IMG/VR virus record: IMGVR_UViG_3300042922_000323
Span: 60,977-124,976 of that record
Length of the DNA: 64,000 nucleotides
DNA from: a virus
Taxonomy: Duplodnaviria; Heunggongvirae; Uroviricota; Caudoviricetes
Direction: 5' to 3' (one strand)
This document shows, in pieces, positions 11,601 to 20,625 of the stretch; positions within the stretch are counted from its first letter, which is position 1; each line of letters opens with the position of its first letter. The notes beneath the pieces are model-generated. The model worked only from the letters and a program-made list of their open reading frames with translations. It did no database searches and had not been told where the DNA came from. Both the position numbers and the translations under genes were made by a program.

Positions 11601-11786
11601 TTTCTTTAGCTCTCTATTTATAACACCTGATATGTCAAGGTTAGCTTTCTTTACAGCTTCGGATACAGAAGAAATTTTCGCCGCCTGTTCCGACATAACT
11701 TGACCAAAAAGTTCAGCATCATCCATAGCTGAACCAAAATCCATAAGTATTTGGGTACTTAACGAGTATTCAGCATTTTCTGCCAT
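5634..11786 (-). CDS. Tail tape measure protein (2050 aa).
   Basis: Very long ORF, coiled-coil and Ala/Gln-rich, placed right after the G/GT chaperone pair. An RBS (AGGGGTG) precedes the start. Confidence 0.85.
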   Translation of the reverse strand: MAENAEYSLSTQILMDFGSAMDDAELFGQVMSEQAAKISSVSEAVKKANLDISGVINRELKKVSSKNLAPETVELSTKLKQRIEDAIGYALLNKELVFKGNFQKFDISLNQAQQKKLVDNIRDGLVRNISFDDFVLSKVRLTKAHRSLIQEKFESFINTSLQKSLKFEWDFFKDEMEGGNKPKLNLRVTGDHMKALLGTVEEKLNDALASVVKLEFPEIPPIKVDSKKLVALMNNIREKISNIDNFIIGDDKVLAAIPNFDTNMTRFRENLRTIAQEITAITSDLGRLQMGSSATEIKRIASAISDLKATTMARIYNFIVEAETAIATIPEGTLNVSQYKSVISNIATFVDNYILGMLDKAQKAILDPMKTAIASSEGVVKAQLEAAASLEKVVEQTKVIVGEPVDLNLEWLVKLATEKVEQTIQASVERFVGGTLPSTTAEVTPAPKKRGRPPKIKPNETPVTTTANVGEFSISPAELKVAVIDPVKNGFISMLMRAGVQVETDLNTVSGEQLTEGVNVRSAIGGLDNALNNYLTNYIGKVSASMMTADSTAPYQVKYSSLHPAVRKALAKEANMTVNEFNSANPVLSQEAGGEDLMNKIMRENMAAVMQKFHQQLQRNTVQAIKDYHEAIGKVDIQPNIEAVHDLTRRMTNLQEEIVKKIKQILNEQFQFMTNEIRAMKLMPVSVGYTPSASAQQKLTSAVNTGAKRSVSATPASEEIMPVAAAVPGIGGKGTRLSSGGDTRTFQGAVINTMRYIVANQLMSAPMFMMMDAWESAKSFDYDLEKARQNFIAKDNMSEAAQSRVKLRNEQALGLGSYGISDAELATNRDKYVQEEQNRLQYMSREGAIRPLQDTAIAYAIPQADMGKIWQIASRRLDDPYEALALSRAAGKIYATERDEISPEDAAKGLEAIASQWGFNGYQLDQVSNMVIKTAMLSQATSNDILEAMGKSGGVWRAILPQNEGEKYADWQNRAFATGAAMQSLFVQATAASGKDAGTFWKSILMSPYQEEIANYLHNFSQTPGYERLDPYVTTKQANGREETRAKSGYNMFLDVIDVASEMRARGQEQEAMDMMVKVFKKFQIGGALNIASLMQDMDKLSEEETKNGARSADELIKKIQSAAEAEVDAMIGALANTWEGKSQRVRTMWETTSFSVIESFKPDVSEAMDTLMGIMRVVRDNAQDFANALHFAANMLIAFGAKQAGQKAWSGIKSTIMEEEFMAKASPIARNNADLGRRRASLVEQQAALSSGIANAVARKNELEKDQADRIARQERMTHEIAADKTALNEYSLRPDADATEIAKRQRAIARKEASLAALGNQITLGEQKVQHATNIVDLRTNRATKVQKQTGDVDSKIAQNTEQLGSLQTAYTQLGANTEKLDARMKKLNTSFASARISGSQFQVTVNSLGQAEMTAQGKTYSLDEAIVKLSTEFKAGRISAQEYIATLNQLNGLNVTPKGTPLGGVFSSAGLKGLGAKGLGALKGAGTMLAITAGMEVVGNAAQAQLLTEAASANQNVTNDKNTLTSVMNFNKNRTSKDRLSAGIGAIGMNYNAIVGALSPNGTSAGDYLAMWWKAVVEGKSSEEIAKEMKFDEKEKEANRLAAEEQKKEQEKYDATYLHLAGGAHADSQKTSWSDVTSVEEGQQMISRINTELGYNTSNYSTEFALKNQSLMMQGYRSDSDEVRKITVSMLDSVISAFKDAAEQVKDRMSMIEKAMPDTYETNDAWKEANKNYQELQQQQTAYEEQRRQAVTTAQREKYLNDAERAVASADAETQSAQAAALLGGHSQTSKEYLAATNSGITTAISAKHTAINGLQSMIDNGTVVGQEKLDYETQIKQLKAEIDGLSVNKYQSILSTVDDINSRLSLKLSNIDAKSQIALDDALLKGYGEDSAYYQGIERQALQNRNSEIASSISKLQAQADILSGDDRENVLNRIAQLQAESRDNLVKIYKTMQTGATFNIPSGIKPLTYEESLLGGSSEKSLAITQGGTSVTVRIDNVYGSTKDEVEKNIARPIVDAIRDQQSKNIQITNALVDQYRRRVGNFRI

Positions 11787-11850
11787 TCAAATCACCCCTA
11801 ATTAAAAAAAATACCGTCCCTACCAATATAGAATAGGCAGGAACGGAATA

Positions 11851-12581
11851 TTATCCACCACCGAGAGCCTGTGATAAAAGATTAAATCCTTCTTCATCAA
11901 GCACTACATAGTCATCATCGTTATCAGAATTTTCACTGTTTTCACCCGCTTGTGGGACACCTCCAAACATACCACCCAGTCCTGCTGTACCAAGAGTAAC
12001 CTCAAACTGGATATGCTTGTTAGTTTGTGTCATCAACTCTACTATCTGAGGTAACGTGTACTTTTTTATCGTCCACTTATCCAGATTACAGTAGTGGTGA
12101 AGACGGAAGAATATTTCTCCCCAGTTTATAGGCTTACCTGTATCAGTATCACGGATACCAGTATCAGGTGTGTCTTCTCCCCCTTTAGGGCGTACTACTT
12201 TTTTAAGCCATTTAAGCCTATCAAAATGTCACAAATCTTTCTTGCTGTTACAACATCAACATATTTATCCAAGTACTCTCTGGTTAAACTATATGGTTTA
12301 AATGCTATCTCCAACATTGTGAATAACCCTTCAACACGTTTAGTGTCAAGCTCAGCATTTCCAGAAGGTACAAAGTTAAGAGCGACATAGTCCACATTTA
12401 TAACTTTAAGCAAGTCCATTATCTTTCTAGCGTCCATAAGATTAGAAGGAGGAATCTTGTATGTCTTACCATCTCTAAGACGTATCTCTTCATCATCCTC
12501 AAACCAGATAGCCGCAACTTTATCTGCTTCTTCCTGTGTAATAACATCTACCTTGGTGTCTTCTTTTTCAAGTTCTGCCAT
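11851..12581 (-). CDS. Tail assembly chaperone GT fusion made by programmed -1 ribosomal frameshifting at A_AAA_AAG (plus coordinates 12198-12204).
   Basis: The 61-aa ORF 11851-12036 is in the -1 frame relative to G. Translating by hand from the slip site (…KKVVRPKGGEDTPDTGIRDTDTGKPINWGEIFFRLHHYCNLDKWTIKKYTLPQIVELMMTQTNK…) shows no stop until 11851. Confidence 0.6.
12195..12581 (-). CDS. Tail assembly chaperone (G-like, 128 aa).
   Basis: Position between the major tail protein and the tape measure. It ends at the slippery sequence A_AAA_AAG. Confidence 0.6.
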   Translation of the reverse strand: MAELEKEDTKVDVITQEEADKVAAIWFEDDEEIRLRDGKTYKIPPSNLMDARKIMDLLKVINVDYVALNFVPSGNAELDTKRVEGLFTMLEIAFKPYSLTREYLDKYVDVVTARKICDILIGLNGLKK

Positions 12582-12690
12582 TGATAAAACCCCCTTAATA
12601 ATTTATCCCCCGTTAAAATAAAAAGAAGGCAAGGCTAAAGGTTGAGAAGGGGGAAATCCCAACCCCGTTACTAGCCTTGCCAAACTTCCA

Positions 12691-13509
12691 TTATATTCTG
12701 CTATTAGCGGAATATCTCTTTATTGTACCCATTCTACCGTCTGCTCTTTCAGGGTCAATAACTTTCAATGACACGTTCATTGCAGAAGCAGTAGCTCTAG
12801 CTGCATCAATAGAGAATGAACCCTGGGCACGGCATGAGAACAACTCAGTTTCAATACCCTGGTAAGTTCCATCCTTCTGTTGGAATGAACCGTGGTGAAC
12901 TACAATTACAGGGAAAGGAACTTCGTCAACAAGAATAGGAGTCATGTCAACAGTTTCTTTTCTCTTATAGTTTATAGCAATATCTTTGTTAGCATCAGCC
13001 ACATTGAACTCCAATGAAGTTGAACCTACTACTGTAGTAGTATCCAAAGCATACTCTCCTGCCTGTGGGTTAGATGCAACCTTGGTAAGCAATTTGTTTC
13101 CATTAATGAATCTTACCTGGAAGTCACCATCAAATACTGTAGCGGCAAAATCAGGTGTATAATCACCAGTTCCATTAATAGTCCCCTGTTCATTAAGAAC
13201 ATACACGTAGGCATCGTTACCAGTAGTAACTCCCTCCTGAACGGTAGAACCTAACATCAGAGATACTGCGTCCAAATCAAACTTTGCGTCAGTAGCAGTA
13301 ATTTCTATAGCTTTTGACTTAATCAAAGTGTCTATAGCAAAAAGACCGTCACCGCCGAAAATGTCTTCAATGTCAACTGTGAAAGTAATTTTCAAGTCCT
13401 GTAAGTTACCAAGTGTAACTACTTCTGTTCCGCCCTGGGCAGTAGTTCTTTTAGCCATAAAAGTACCTACGCCTTTAATTATCATCTTCTTAGCCATCTC
13501 GACCTTCAC
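12691..13509 (-). CDS. Major tail protein (272 aa).
   Basis: Position immediately upstream of the chaperone genes. Size and composition fit siphovirus major tail proteins. Confidence 0.55.
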   Translation of the reverse strand: MKVEMAKKMIIKGVGTFMAKRTTAQGGTEVVTLGNLQDLKITFTVDIEDIFGGDGLFAIDTLIKSKAIEITATDAKFDLDAVSLMLGSTVQEGVTTGNDAYVYVLNEQGTINGTGDYTPDFAATVFDGDFQVRFINGNKLLTKVASNPQAGEYALDTTTVVGSTSLEFNVADANKDIAINYKRKETVDMTPILVDEVPFPVIVVHHGSFQQKDGTYQGIETELFSCRAQGSFSIDAARATASAMNVSLKVIDPERADGRMGTIKRYSANSRI

Positions 13510-13588
13510 TCCTTTATCTTTAATCGAAATAATATCCTCAATTGTACTCTACTAGCATAGATTAGACTAAGTTTGTTTAGTTCTAACG

Positions 13589-14023
13589 CTAATCAACTAT
13601 TGTAATAGAGAATGTTAAAATTGAGGTAAAGCAATACGTATTGTGGAGGTTAACCGAACTCTCATGCCCATCTTCAAAGCAAGCTTCGTAACTTTCTACG
13701 GTTTCAAATGGGTTAATTTCACCGTCAAAAAGTTCCTTAATTCTCTTACTAATAGAAAGAGCTAATTCCACGTCATCCTTAGTATAGACATCAAATACAA
13801 AAGTGGCATTATACACATTATCGTTGTTTCTATCTCTGCCATCCCCAGGTACTTTATAGTACGTAATCATGGGAATATTCTTATCCAAATCCTGTGGCTG
13901 AGACCTCTTTTGCACTCTTTTAGCTTTGGCTAATGCATCTCCACCTGGTATCTTTAATAGTGAGAGCATTGTTGTATCACTAACAATAACCTTAAATATC
14001 CCCGCATATAAGTCAGCTAACAT
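13589..14023 (-). CDS. Tail terminator or tail completion protein (144 aa), putative.
   Basis: Synteny only. Confidence 0.3.
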   Translation of the reverse strand: MLADLYAGIFKVIVSDTTMLSLLKIPGGDALAKAKRVQKRSQPQDLDKNIPMITYYKVPGDGRDRNNDNVYNATFVFDVYTKDDVELALSISKRIKELFDGEINPFETVESYEACFEDGHESSVNLHNTYCFTSILTFSITIVD

Positions 14024-14034
14024 ATCACTACCCC

Positions 14035-14763
14035 CTAATCCCTTCCTAATACTATCCTTGGCGTTACCTTCATGAACTTACCTGGGTGTACCTTTTTTAT
14101 TGCCTTTCCATAAATCTTAGCTATATCATCCTTGCAACTCATATAAGCTTTTCTATACCAATGGTAAGCTTGTACGTCATCACCAATATACTTTCTAAAT
14201 CCTGGGTCAGTCTCACCACCTCTTGGTGAATGGGTAGTCCTTAAATTACCTCCCATATCAACCCATGTGCCTCCATCTTCATGTACAGAACGAGTAACAA
14301 TCTCTCTACCGTACCTATGGGGGTTTTGTGCTCTTATACCTGCCGCCGCCACACGATAGGCAGAAACAGGTAAATTTTCAGCTTGCTTGCCTGTACCATA
14401 TTCATAATACCAACCAATATGGGAATCCTTAAAATTATTAGCCATAGCTCTTACGGCTGTTCTAAGAATGTTGTTACCTTCCCATTTTATCTGGTCTGAT
14501 ACTATGGACTTTAAAAGAGCACCTTTTCTCTGCGCATCACTGGTGGTGCTACCGTCTGCCAAATGCACTTCATGTTGTTTAATCTTTCTACCCTTGTAAT
14601 ACACAGTTCTTACAGCATTTAAATTTAGTGCTTTGGCTTCCATAGTTACTCGGTCTTGAAGTAAGTCTCTGACTTCCTTCATAGCCTTTTTCAATTCCTG
14701 CTGTAACGCATTTATATACGCCTTGGCATCAAAGTAAATGTACTTCCTACTCTTACCCGCCAT
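14035..14763 (-). CDS. Head-tail joining or minor structural protein (242 aa).
   Basis: Synteny only. Confidence 0.3.
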   Translation of the reverse strand: MAGKSRKYIYFDAKAYINALQQELKKAMKEVRDLLQDRVTMEAKALNLNAVRTVYYKGRKIKQHEVHLADGSTTSDAQRKGALLKSIVSDQIKWEGNNILRTAVRAMANNFKDSHIGWYYEYGTGKQAENLPVSAYRVAAAGIRAQNPHRYGREIVTRSVHEDGGTWVDMGGNLRTTHSPRGGETDPGFRKYIGDDVQAYHWYRKAYMSCKDDIAKIYGKAIKKVHPGKFMKVTPRIVLGRD

Positions 14764-14767
14764 GCAA

Positions 14768-15379
14768 TCACGCCCTTGTCTCAGACTTAACCTGTAGAAC
14801 TACAACGCCTGGGTAACTAATATAGTCTGGTTGAATTACTTTTAACGGTAGTGTTTGTATACCATTAGTAAGAATAATTCTGTCTAGCTCTGCAATCTGT
14901 ACTCCTGGGGCAAATATAACATACTCAGTGTCAGGGTGTAATCCTGTGTCATACAGTTTTAAGTCAGGTGAATTTACCTGTGTATGGCATTTAAGCTGAC
15001 TGTACTTGACCTGTGGCTCTTTTGTTATATTACCTCTGTCATCTGCTGTCTCTATATCATCGCCCATAATATCTAGTGTGGAATTACACACCATCATATG
15101 AGATGCGTTAGTTGCCACCTTCCCACGAATCATCTCAGGGTAAACAGCCACTAATATGTAGTCTTCATTGGCGGGTATATTATGACATACATACCCGTTA
15201 TCTACAGGCACTTCTGGAAGAAAATATCCACGCCTAAAATGTTCAAGAGATAGGGTTGAGTTGAACTGCTTTGAAGCCCTTCCTATTAAAGCACGTGTAG
15301 ATGCAACAACACCATCCGTGTCTACTATATCAACAGGGACTCCTTCTCTACGGACTATAGCCTGTTTTTCACGTACCAC
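14768..15379 (-). CDS. Head-tail connector protein (203 aa), putative.
   Basis: Synteny only. Confidence 0.3.
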   Translation of the reverse strand: MVREKQAIVRREGVPVDIVDTDGVVASTRALIGRASKQFNSTLSLEHFRRGYFLPEVPVDNGYVCHNIPANEDYILVAVYPEMIRGKVATNASHMMVCNSTLDIMGDDIETADDRGNITKEPQVKYSQLKCHTQVNSPDLKLYDTGLHPDTEYVIFAPGVQIAELDRIILTNGIQTLPLKVIQPDYISYPGVVVLQVKSETRA

Positions 15380-15391
15380 TCAAATCACCCC

Positions 15392-15823
15392 TTAAATAGT
15401 ATCTCGGTCATGTGTTATAATGTTAACTATAACGGTAGTTGAAGAACCGTCGTCTATGACTTCTACTGTTGTTATTTCCCCTAATGACTCTTCAAAATCA
15501 CCTAAGAACTTTTGAGCCATCATCTCCCAGTTAACACTTGCTTTCTTCCACTTGGTATCAAGTGTGGAAACTTCTGTATTTAAGCGTCTAGGCATGGACG
15601 GGGCTACAAGGTAGCAAATATATGACATGGTTGCGTTCTGTAGGTATATTAAATCTACAGCGTCTGTAATACTTGCATAATTAGGTACTCTTTTAGCAAC
15701 TACGGCTTCTGCCAAATCTTTAACCATTGGCAGGTTAAGGTCTTCATCAGGAAGTTCATCATCAAATACACCTAGCTTGGCTCTTACCTGTGCTTCAAAA
15801 GAACCTGTTGTTAAAATAGCCAT
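15392..15823 (-). CDS. Head-tail adaptor protein (143 aa), putative.
   Basis: Synteny only. Confidence 0.3.
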   Translation of the reverse strand: MAILTTGSFEAQVRAKLGVFDDELPDEDLNLPMVKDLAEAVVAKRVPNYASITDAVDLIYLQNATMSYICYLVAPSMPRRLNTEVSTLDTKWKKASVNWEMMAQKFLGDFEESLGEITTVEVIDDGSSTTVIVNIITHDRDTI

Positions 15824-15840
15824 GTAACCCCCCTCCTCCC

Positions 15841-16173
15841 TTATTTCAACTGTGTAACTTTAACTGTTGGTCTTGTTTCTGCAAAGAGCACAATACCTGT
15901 GTCAAAAGTCATACTCTGTCCTACAGCTATAACTTCTCTATTGTCGTAACCAATTACTTCATTAGTCACATACACTTCCCCGCCACCAAGATTTTCAACA
16001 GCTATCTTCGTTGCATCATCTACAAGCTCTACGGGAATATTGCTAAAGAGTTTAAGCTTATACTCCCTTTCAGAAATTACTTCGTTTGTAACGACTTCCT
16101 TAGTAGTCTCCACTACATCTGTAACTACTGCTTCCTCTATAACTTCTTCTGAGACTTTCTTTTTGGTTGCCAT
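15841..16173 (-). CDS. Acidic structural protein (110 aa) directly downstream of the major capsid gene.
   Basis: ORF track, with a tight operon arrangement. Confidence 0.3.
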   Translation of the reverse strand: MATKKKVSEEVIEEAVVTDVVETTKEVVTNEVISEREYKLKLFSNIPVELVDDATKIAVENLGGGEVYVTNEVIGYDNREVIAVGQSMTFDTGIVLFAETRPTVKVTQLK

Positions 16174-16253
16174 CGTAAATCCTCCTTATACTAAAATGGT
16201 CGCTACTGTCTGGTTTTAGCCAGTAGTAGCGACCTATTATTCAGTGACTAAGC

Positions 16254-17222
16254 TTACGCCATAATCGGGTCTACTGCGTTTGCAAACAAGAATCCTGCCA
16301 CATTAGAAATAATCTTATGTGCGTACCATCTTTCTGCTTCAACAACTGTAGCTCTTCTGCCCTGTTCGTACCACTTACGAACCTGAACAGCACCCGCTCC
16401 GTCTTTGTTCCACATAAATGAGTAACCAAGAGCAAGAGTCTTTTTACCTGGGTTTTTAGGAATGTACGCCAGTACTGCTGAGTTACCCCATATGTAACCA
16501 AGGGAATCTGCCTGTGCAGGGTTATGAGAACCTGAAACAAGAGCGTTACCTACAATTATGTTGTCCACATCAAATGCGGCTTTCATAAGTTCTACAGTAA
16601 CCATTCCTCTTTCCACGTACTTAATTATTTCTAGCAGTTTTGGGTGGAATTTGAGTACGTTGTAAACTGTTCTGGAAATAACTAAAGTATTAGGAACAAT
16701 ACCTGACTGTTTGTGCATTTTTGCTCTAGCACCTTCTATGTCTATAACTGGGTTAGAGTTAGCATAGTCAGACCACTTAGCAGGGTTTGCACCACCACCG
16801 CCCATGTCATAACTGAAACCTGTGGCATAGTTTGAAGCATCCAACAGCATTTCTGCGGCGGCAACTTCCTTATTTAACAGAATTGCTTCTGAAACAAGTT
16901 CTGTTCCGTCAGATTCCAACTGGAATACGTCATCAGCGTTCTGTAGCTCTTCATCAGCAATAGCATGTCTAATTGCGTGTCCTTCTACATAGTACTGGTC
17001 ATCTGACATTGTCCAGGTAATTTCATGTGCTTCTGTACCAGGTGCTCTCTTGTCATCATGTGTTCTAAACAGTTCTTTACCATATACATAATATTTGTCA
17101 GACTGTTTTTCCACTGTAACAGGGAGGAATATCTGGTCAGCAATATAAGCTTCATTCTTATACCCGATAGAGATGTTGGAAAGCATCTTATCAATATGCA
17201 ACTTCTGTAAAGGCATAGCCAT
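16254..17222 (-). CDS. Major capsid protein (322 aa).
   Basis: Size and position after the protease/scaffold and decoration-like genes. The composition is typical of an MCP. Confidence 0.7.
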   Translation of the reverse strand: MAMPLQKLHIDKMLSNISIGYKNEAYIADQIFLPVTVEKQSDKYYVYGKELFRTHDDKRAPGTEAHEITWTMSDDQYYVEGHAIRHAIADEELQNADDVFQLESDGTELVSEAILLNKEVAAAEMLLDASNYATGFSYDMGGGGANPAKWSDYANSNPVIDIEGARAKMHKQSGIVPNTLVISRTVYNVLKFHPKLLEIIKYVERGMVTVELMKAAFDVDNIIVGNALVSGSHNPAQADSLGYIWGNSAVLAYIPKNPGKKTLALGYSFMWNKDGAGAVQVRKWYEQGRRATVVEAERWYAHKIISNVAGFLFANAVDPIMA

Positions 17223-17249
17223 TATATATTCACCTCTCCTTTAATCAAA

Positions 17250-17660
17250 TTAAACAGTAAACTGGTGTTTCTCAAATCTTACAGGAATTATATCTCCGTC
17301 TACCCCTGCTTTTTCAGCAAAGCCAAGAACGTTGTATTTTCCTGCGGCGGTTGGGCATTTCATTACCGCTCCACCGGCTTTAACAATTACTCTGTCGCCA
17401 TAGGCTACAACACCAGACAACTTAACATCTGCAATGCACTCAACCTTAACAGCAATATCTCTTCCACCCTGGTTTCCACTTGCATGGAAAGGAATGTCAA
17501 GTCTCTCGTCGTTATCTACAACTCCAAGTACATACATGTTGTCAGCAGTTGGAATCTTGCAGAAACCTTCTGTATCACCGTAAGTAACAGCGGTGTATCT
17601 GGCAATACCTGCGTCCTGAATCTTGTAGGTCAACTGTAATCTAGTCAGCATACCTGCCAT
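17250..17660 (-). CDS. Small capsid-associated protein (136 aa), possibly a decoration or DUF2190-like head protein.
   Basis: Position immediately upstream of the MCP. Size fits. Confidence 0.35.
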   Translation of the reverse strand: MAGMLTRLQLTYKIQDAGIARYTAVTYGDTEGFCKIPTADNMYVLGVVDNDERLDIPFHASGNQGGRDIAVKVECIADVKLSGVVAYGDRVIVKAGGAVMKCPTAAGKYNVLGFAEKAGVDGDIIPVRFEKHQFTV

Positions 17661-19111
17661 TATTTATCACTCCCATCTTCGTTTTTAGCGTACTTCTCGT
17701 ACATTAACTTAGTTGCTTCTTTAATAGAAACACTGTTTGCTTTTGAATACTCAATAGCCTTATCAGCTACATAAGCTCTGAACTCGGCTTCATCTTCCTG
17801 TGAAGGAACATCACTGTCTTTCTTAAACTTAGCATCAGCTTCGGAAGTTCTAGCTCCCGCAAATCTGGTGTTAAACTCGTCTTCAAAGCCTTTCAGAGTA
17901 CCCTTAATCTCGTCAATGGAGAGTGTACCAAGGAACTTTTCAAACAGGTCTCTGTTGAAAGCGTTACCCTGTGCTCTAACTCCTGCGTCGAGAGTAGAAG
18001 TAATTAAGTCTGACCTGTAAGTGTCAGCCACACCTGCTTTTTCAGCAAGTTCTTTATTCTGCTTGTCAAGTTCAGCAATGGTTTTATCTCTCTGTGCTAA
18101 TTCACCATTAGCAGTATCAAGTTCACCCTGAACCTTTGCAAGTTCAGTATTTGCTGTATCTCTCTCACCAGTAACTGTAGTCAAGAGTTCAGTTTTATCT
18201 GAAACTTCTTTGGTCAGTTCAGTGAGTTTAGCAGAAAGAGCTTCCTCTGAGTCGAACTCAATTCCAAACTGCTTCATAACCTCAGTAATTTTAGCTAATT
18301 CCACGTTATCTTCACTCCTTTTTCGTAATATCTCAGCACCATTCGTCCGTTCGTCCGTATCAGTAAGTAATACAGAACCATCTTTCGTGTAGTACTGATA
18401 AATCTTCGCAGACAAAGGTATGTTTTTGAAATCATCAACTATAAGTAGATTAGAACCCTTATCGAAATCTCTAACGCTTTCTTGCGAAAATTCCTGCTTA
18501 ATCGTAGCTCTATTGCACGCACCCGCATAAACTAAGGAAAGTTCTAGTAATTCTCCCTCACCGTCTTCACCTACAACTACAAGGCATCTCTGCTGTCTAA
18601 AGACACCATCATCACCTTTTACTTCATAAGTGCGACCAGGTATGTGAGAACACTTGTCCCAATCTCTAATGTCGTTACCGCATACGGAACATTTCCACGA
18701 GTTAGCGTTAAATCCAATAGATACATCAAAAATAGTTCCTGCATCTATTCCTTTAGCAATGTCATCGGTAGACATTCCACCTTGCGTCATTCTTCCAAGG
18801 TCTATGTAATATTCACCGTATACCGAGTTCATTACTTGCCCACCCTCTACGTCCTGTTGCATCTTAGCATCAAATGAACGACCTACTGGTAGTTGCCTGT
18901 TGTTATGGTTCATAAGCAACGGAGCACCAACCTGTGCATCTTTCATTAACTTTCCTAAGAATGTAGGGTGTAGAGTAGAATGGTAGCATGTCTCCTGGTC
19001 ATCAATCATTAAAGGACTAAATACAAAAGTGTTTTCTTCTGTTCTAGGACTCTGAGCGAATTTATTAACCTTTGTTAATTGCTCAGTAGTAGGTTTAGCC
19101 ATTCTTATCAC
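17660..19111 (-). CDS. Prohead maturation protease and scaffold-like fusion (483 aa). The C-terminus is coiled-coil (…ELAKVQGELDTANGELAQRDKTIAELDKQNKELAEK…).
   Basis: Position between portal and capsid. The C-terminal heptad-rich region is typical of scaffolds. The protease assignment is inferred, not motif-proven. Confidence 0.4.
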   Translation of the reverse strand: MIRMAKPTTEQLTKVNKFAQSPRTEENTFVFSPLMIDDQETCYHSTLHPTFLGKLMKDAQVGAPLLMNHNNRQLPVGRSFDAKMQQDVEGGQVMNSVYGEYYIDLGRMTQGGMSTDDIAKGIDAGTIFDVSIGFNANSWKCSVCGNDIRDWDKCSHIPGRTYEVKGDDGVFRQQRCLVVVGEDGEGELLELSLVYAGACNRATIKQEFSQESVRDFDKGSNLLIVDDFKNIPLSAKIYQYYTKDGSVLLTDTDERTNGAEILRKRSEDNVELAKITEVMKQFGIEFDSEEALSAKLTELTKEVSDKTELLTTVTGERDTANTELAKVQGELDTANGELAQRDKTIAELDKQNKELAEKAGVADTYRSDLITSTLDAGVRAQGNAFNRDLFEKFLGTLSIDEIKGTLKGFEDEFNTRFAGARTSEADAKFKKDSDVPSQEDEAEFRAYVADKAIEYSKANSVSIKEATKLMYEKYAKNEDGSDK

Positions 19112-19155
19112 CTCTCACAAAATATAGAATAGACACTTTGATACAAAACCCCATC

Positions 19156-20613
19156 TTATTGAGATGGAGTTGTATCAGGTGTTCCTGACGGTGTAGCACC
19201 GTCTTTATTTTTAGTTGGTTGTAGGTGTGCCCAGTCTGGTTCAGGCATTACAGGAGCATGTCCAACTGCTTTCATAGCCGCTTCATCCTGGTCTATCCAA
19301 CCTTGGTCTCTCATAAATGCGTAGTTCAATAAAGCAACCTGTTCAAACTGTGCCTGTTCGAGTTCAGTTCTAATTTCAAGTGGCTTAAATTTAAAGTTAA
19401 CAATAGCTTGCTTTCCTCTAATATTAAGTGCCAGTGTAAGTGCTCTACTGAGAACTGTCTCTACCACCTGCTGAATAGCTTCTACGCCCTTCAAATACAG
19501 CTTAATCTCAATCTTTGCAAAGGACTCTGTATTACCAGTAGACCTTCTACCAAGAATAGTTGAGAGTGTCTTTAGACCACTCATGATAAGGTTATCTATA
19601 ACCTGCATCAGCTTCTGAGGGTCTATCATTGCTTTCGCTTCGCCCGCCATGCCAATTTCAACACTATCAAAGTGAACAAAAGCGTCGTCGGGTTCAAGCG
19701 CACTGTACATATCAATAATCTCTTGAAGTCTATCTTTGAGCCATTCTTGCTTTTTCTGCTCGTTGTTTCTAATTGAAATAGGCATACGGTTAAGAAGAAC
19801 TTCTTCTATGACTTTTAAATCAAGTCTTGGGTATCCTTGATTATGAACAACAGCCTTTAAATCGTTAAGAATCTGTAACTGAAAAATAACCATATGAATA
19901 GCACTCATTATAGGAGACCTACCATATGGGTCATCTATTCTTTCATCAAGACCTTCATAGAAGAATGTAGGAATATCAAGGTCTACAGACCTCATGTTTT
20001 GAGAAGGTTTGTATCTCTGACCGTCATATACAAAGTCTACAGTGGCAGGGTCTACTGGTGCTATGAAAGCCACATCATCTCTCTTAGGTGTTAGGACTAA
20101 TTCGCAAGCCGTAGCTCCTCTGGTTACAACAGACTGAATCATCTGGTTAATAACTCTATCAATGGAACGTGACTTTTCAAATTGAAGTACATTTGGAGCT
20201 TCAAATCTAGTAAGTAGCTCCTTTAGGTTCTTCTCACCTGTAGGGTCAGGATTACCATTAAGCTTTTTACAGGTAATTGAATAACCACTATTGCTCATTC
20301 TAATAAAGTTCCATAATGCAAATGACAAATCAGGGTGAGCATCTGCAAATATATCTATTAACTGGTCAATAGTGTACTGACTAAATCTTCTCTCGTCCAA
20401 ACCAAGGTCAGTCTGAACACGTTTACTAAGAACCATTCCGACACCACCGCCACCTTGGGCGAACTTAGGAATAGTTGTCCTAGCTCCCCCAAAGTCTGGT
20501 GCGGGGTCGATGTCAGAAATAGGCTTTAATTTCTTTGCGTAGTTAGAAGATACGTTCTTCCCACTACGGGAGAACCTACCAAACAAACCGCTAATGCTAT
20601 CTCTTAAACCCAT
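19156..20613 (-). CDS. Portal protein (485 aa).
   Basis: Size and its place in the morphogenetic operon downstream of the terminase genes. Confidence 0.6.
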   Translation of the reverse strand: MGLRDSISGLFGRFSRSGKNVSSNYAKKLKPISDIDPAPDFGGARTTIPKFAQGGGGVGMVLSKRVQTDLGLDERRFSQYTIDQLIDIFADAHPDLSFALWNFIRMSNSGYSITCKKLNGNPDPTGEKNLKELLTRFEAPNVLQFEKSRSIDRVINQMIQSVVTRGATACELVLTPKRDDVAFIAPVDPATVDFVYDGQRYKPSQNMRSVDLDIPTFFYEGLDERIDDPYGRSPIMSAIHMVIFQLQILNDLKAVVHNQGYPRLDLKVIEEVLLNRMPISIRNNEQKKQEWLKDRLQEIIDMYSALEPDDAFVHFDSVEIGMAGEAKAMIDPQKLMQVIDNLIMSGLKTLSTILGRRSTGNTESFAKIEIKLYLKGVEAIQQVVETVLSRALTLALNIRGKQAIVNFKFKPLEIRTELEQAQFEQVALLNYAFMRDQGWIDQDEAAMKAVGHAPVMPEPDWAHLQPTKNKDGATPSGTPDTTPSQ

Positions 20614-20625
20614 TTATGACCCTCC

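Noticed and set aside
5634-11786. Numerous plus-strand ORFs inside the tape-measure gene (for example 7168-7521, 8026-8358, 10189-10515 and 10903-11304).
   Set aside because: These are antisense shadow ORFs within a long, well-supported minus-strand gene. They have no independent signals.
16271-17210. Small ORFs on both strands inside the major capsid gene (16271-16540 minus, 16985-17194 minus, 17025-17210 plus).
   Set aside because: They are fully contained in the capsid ORF or on its antisense strand. They look like shadow frames.
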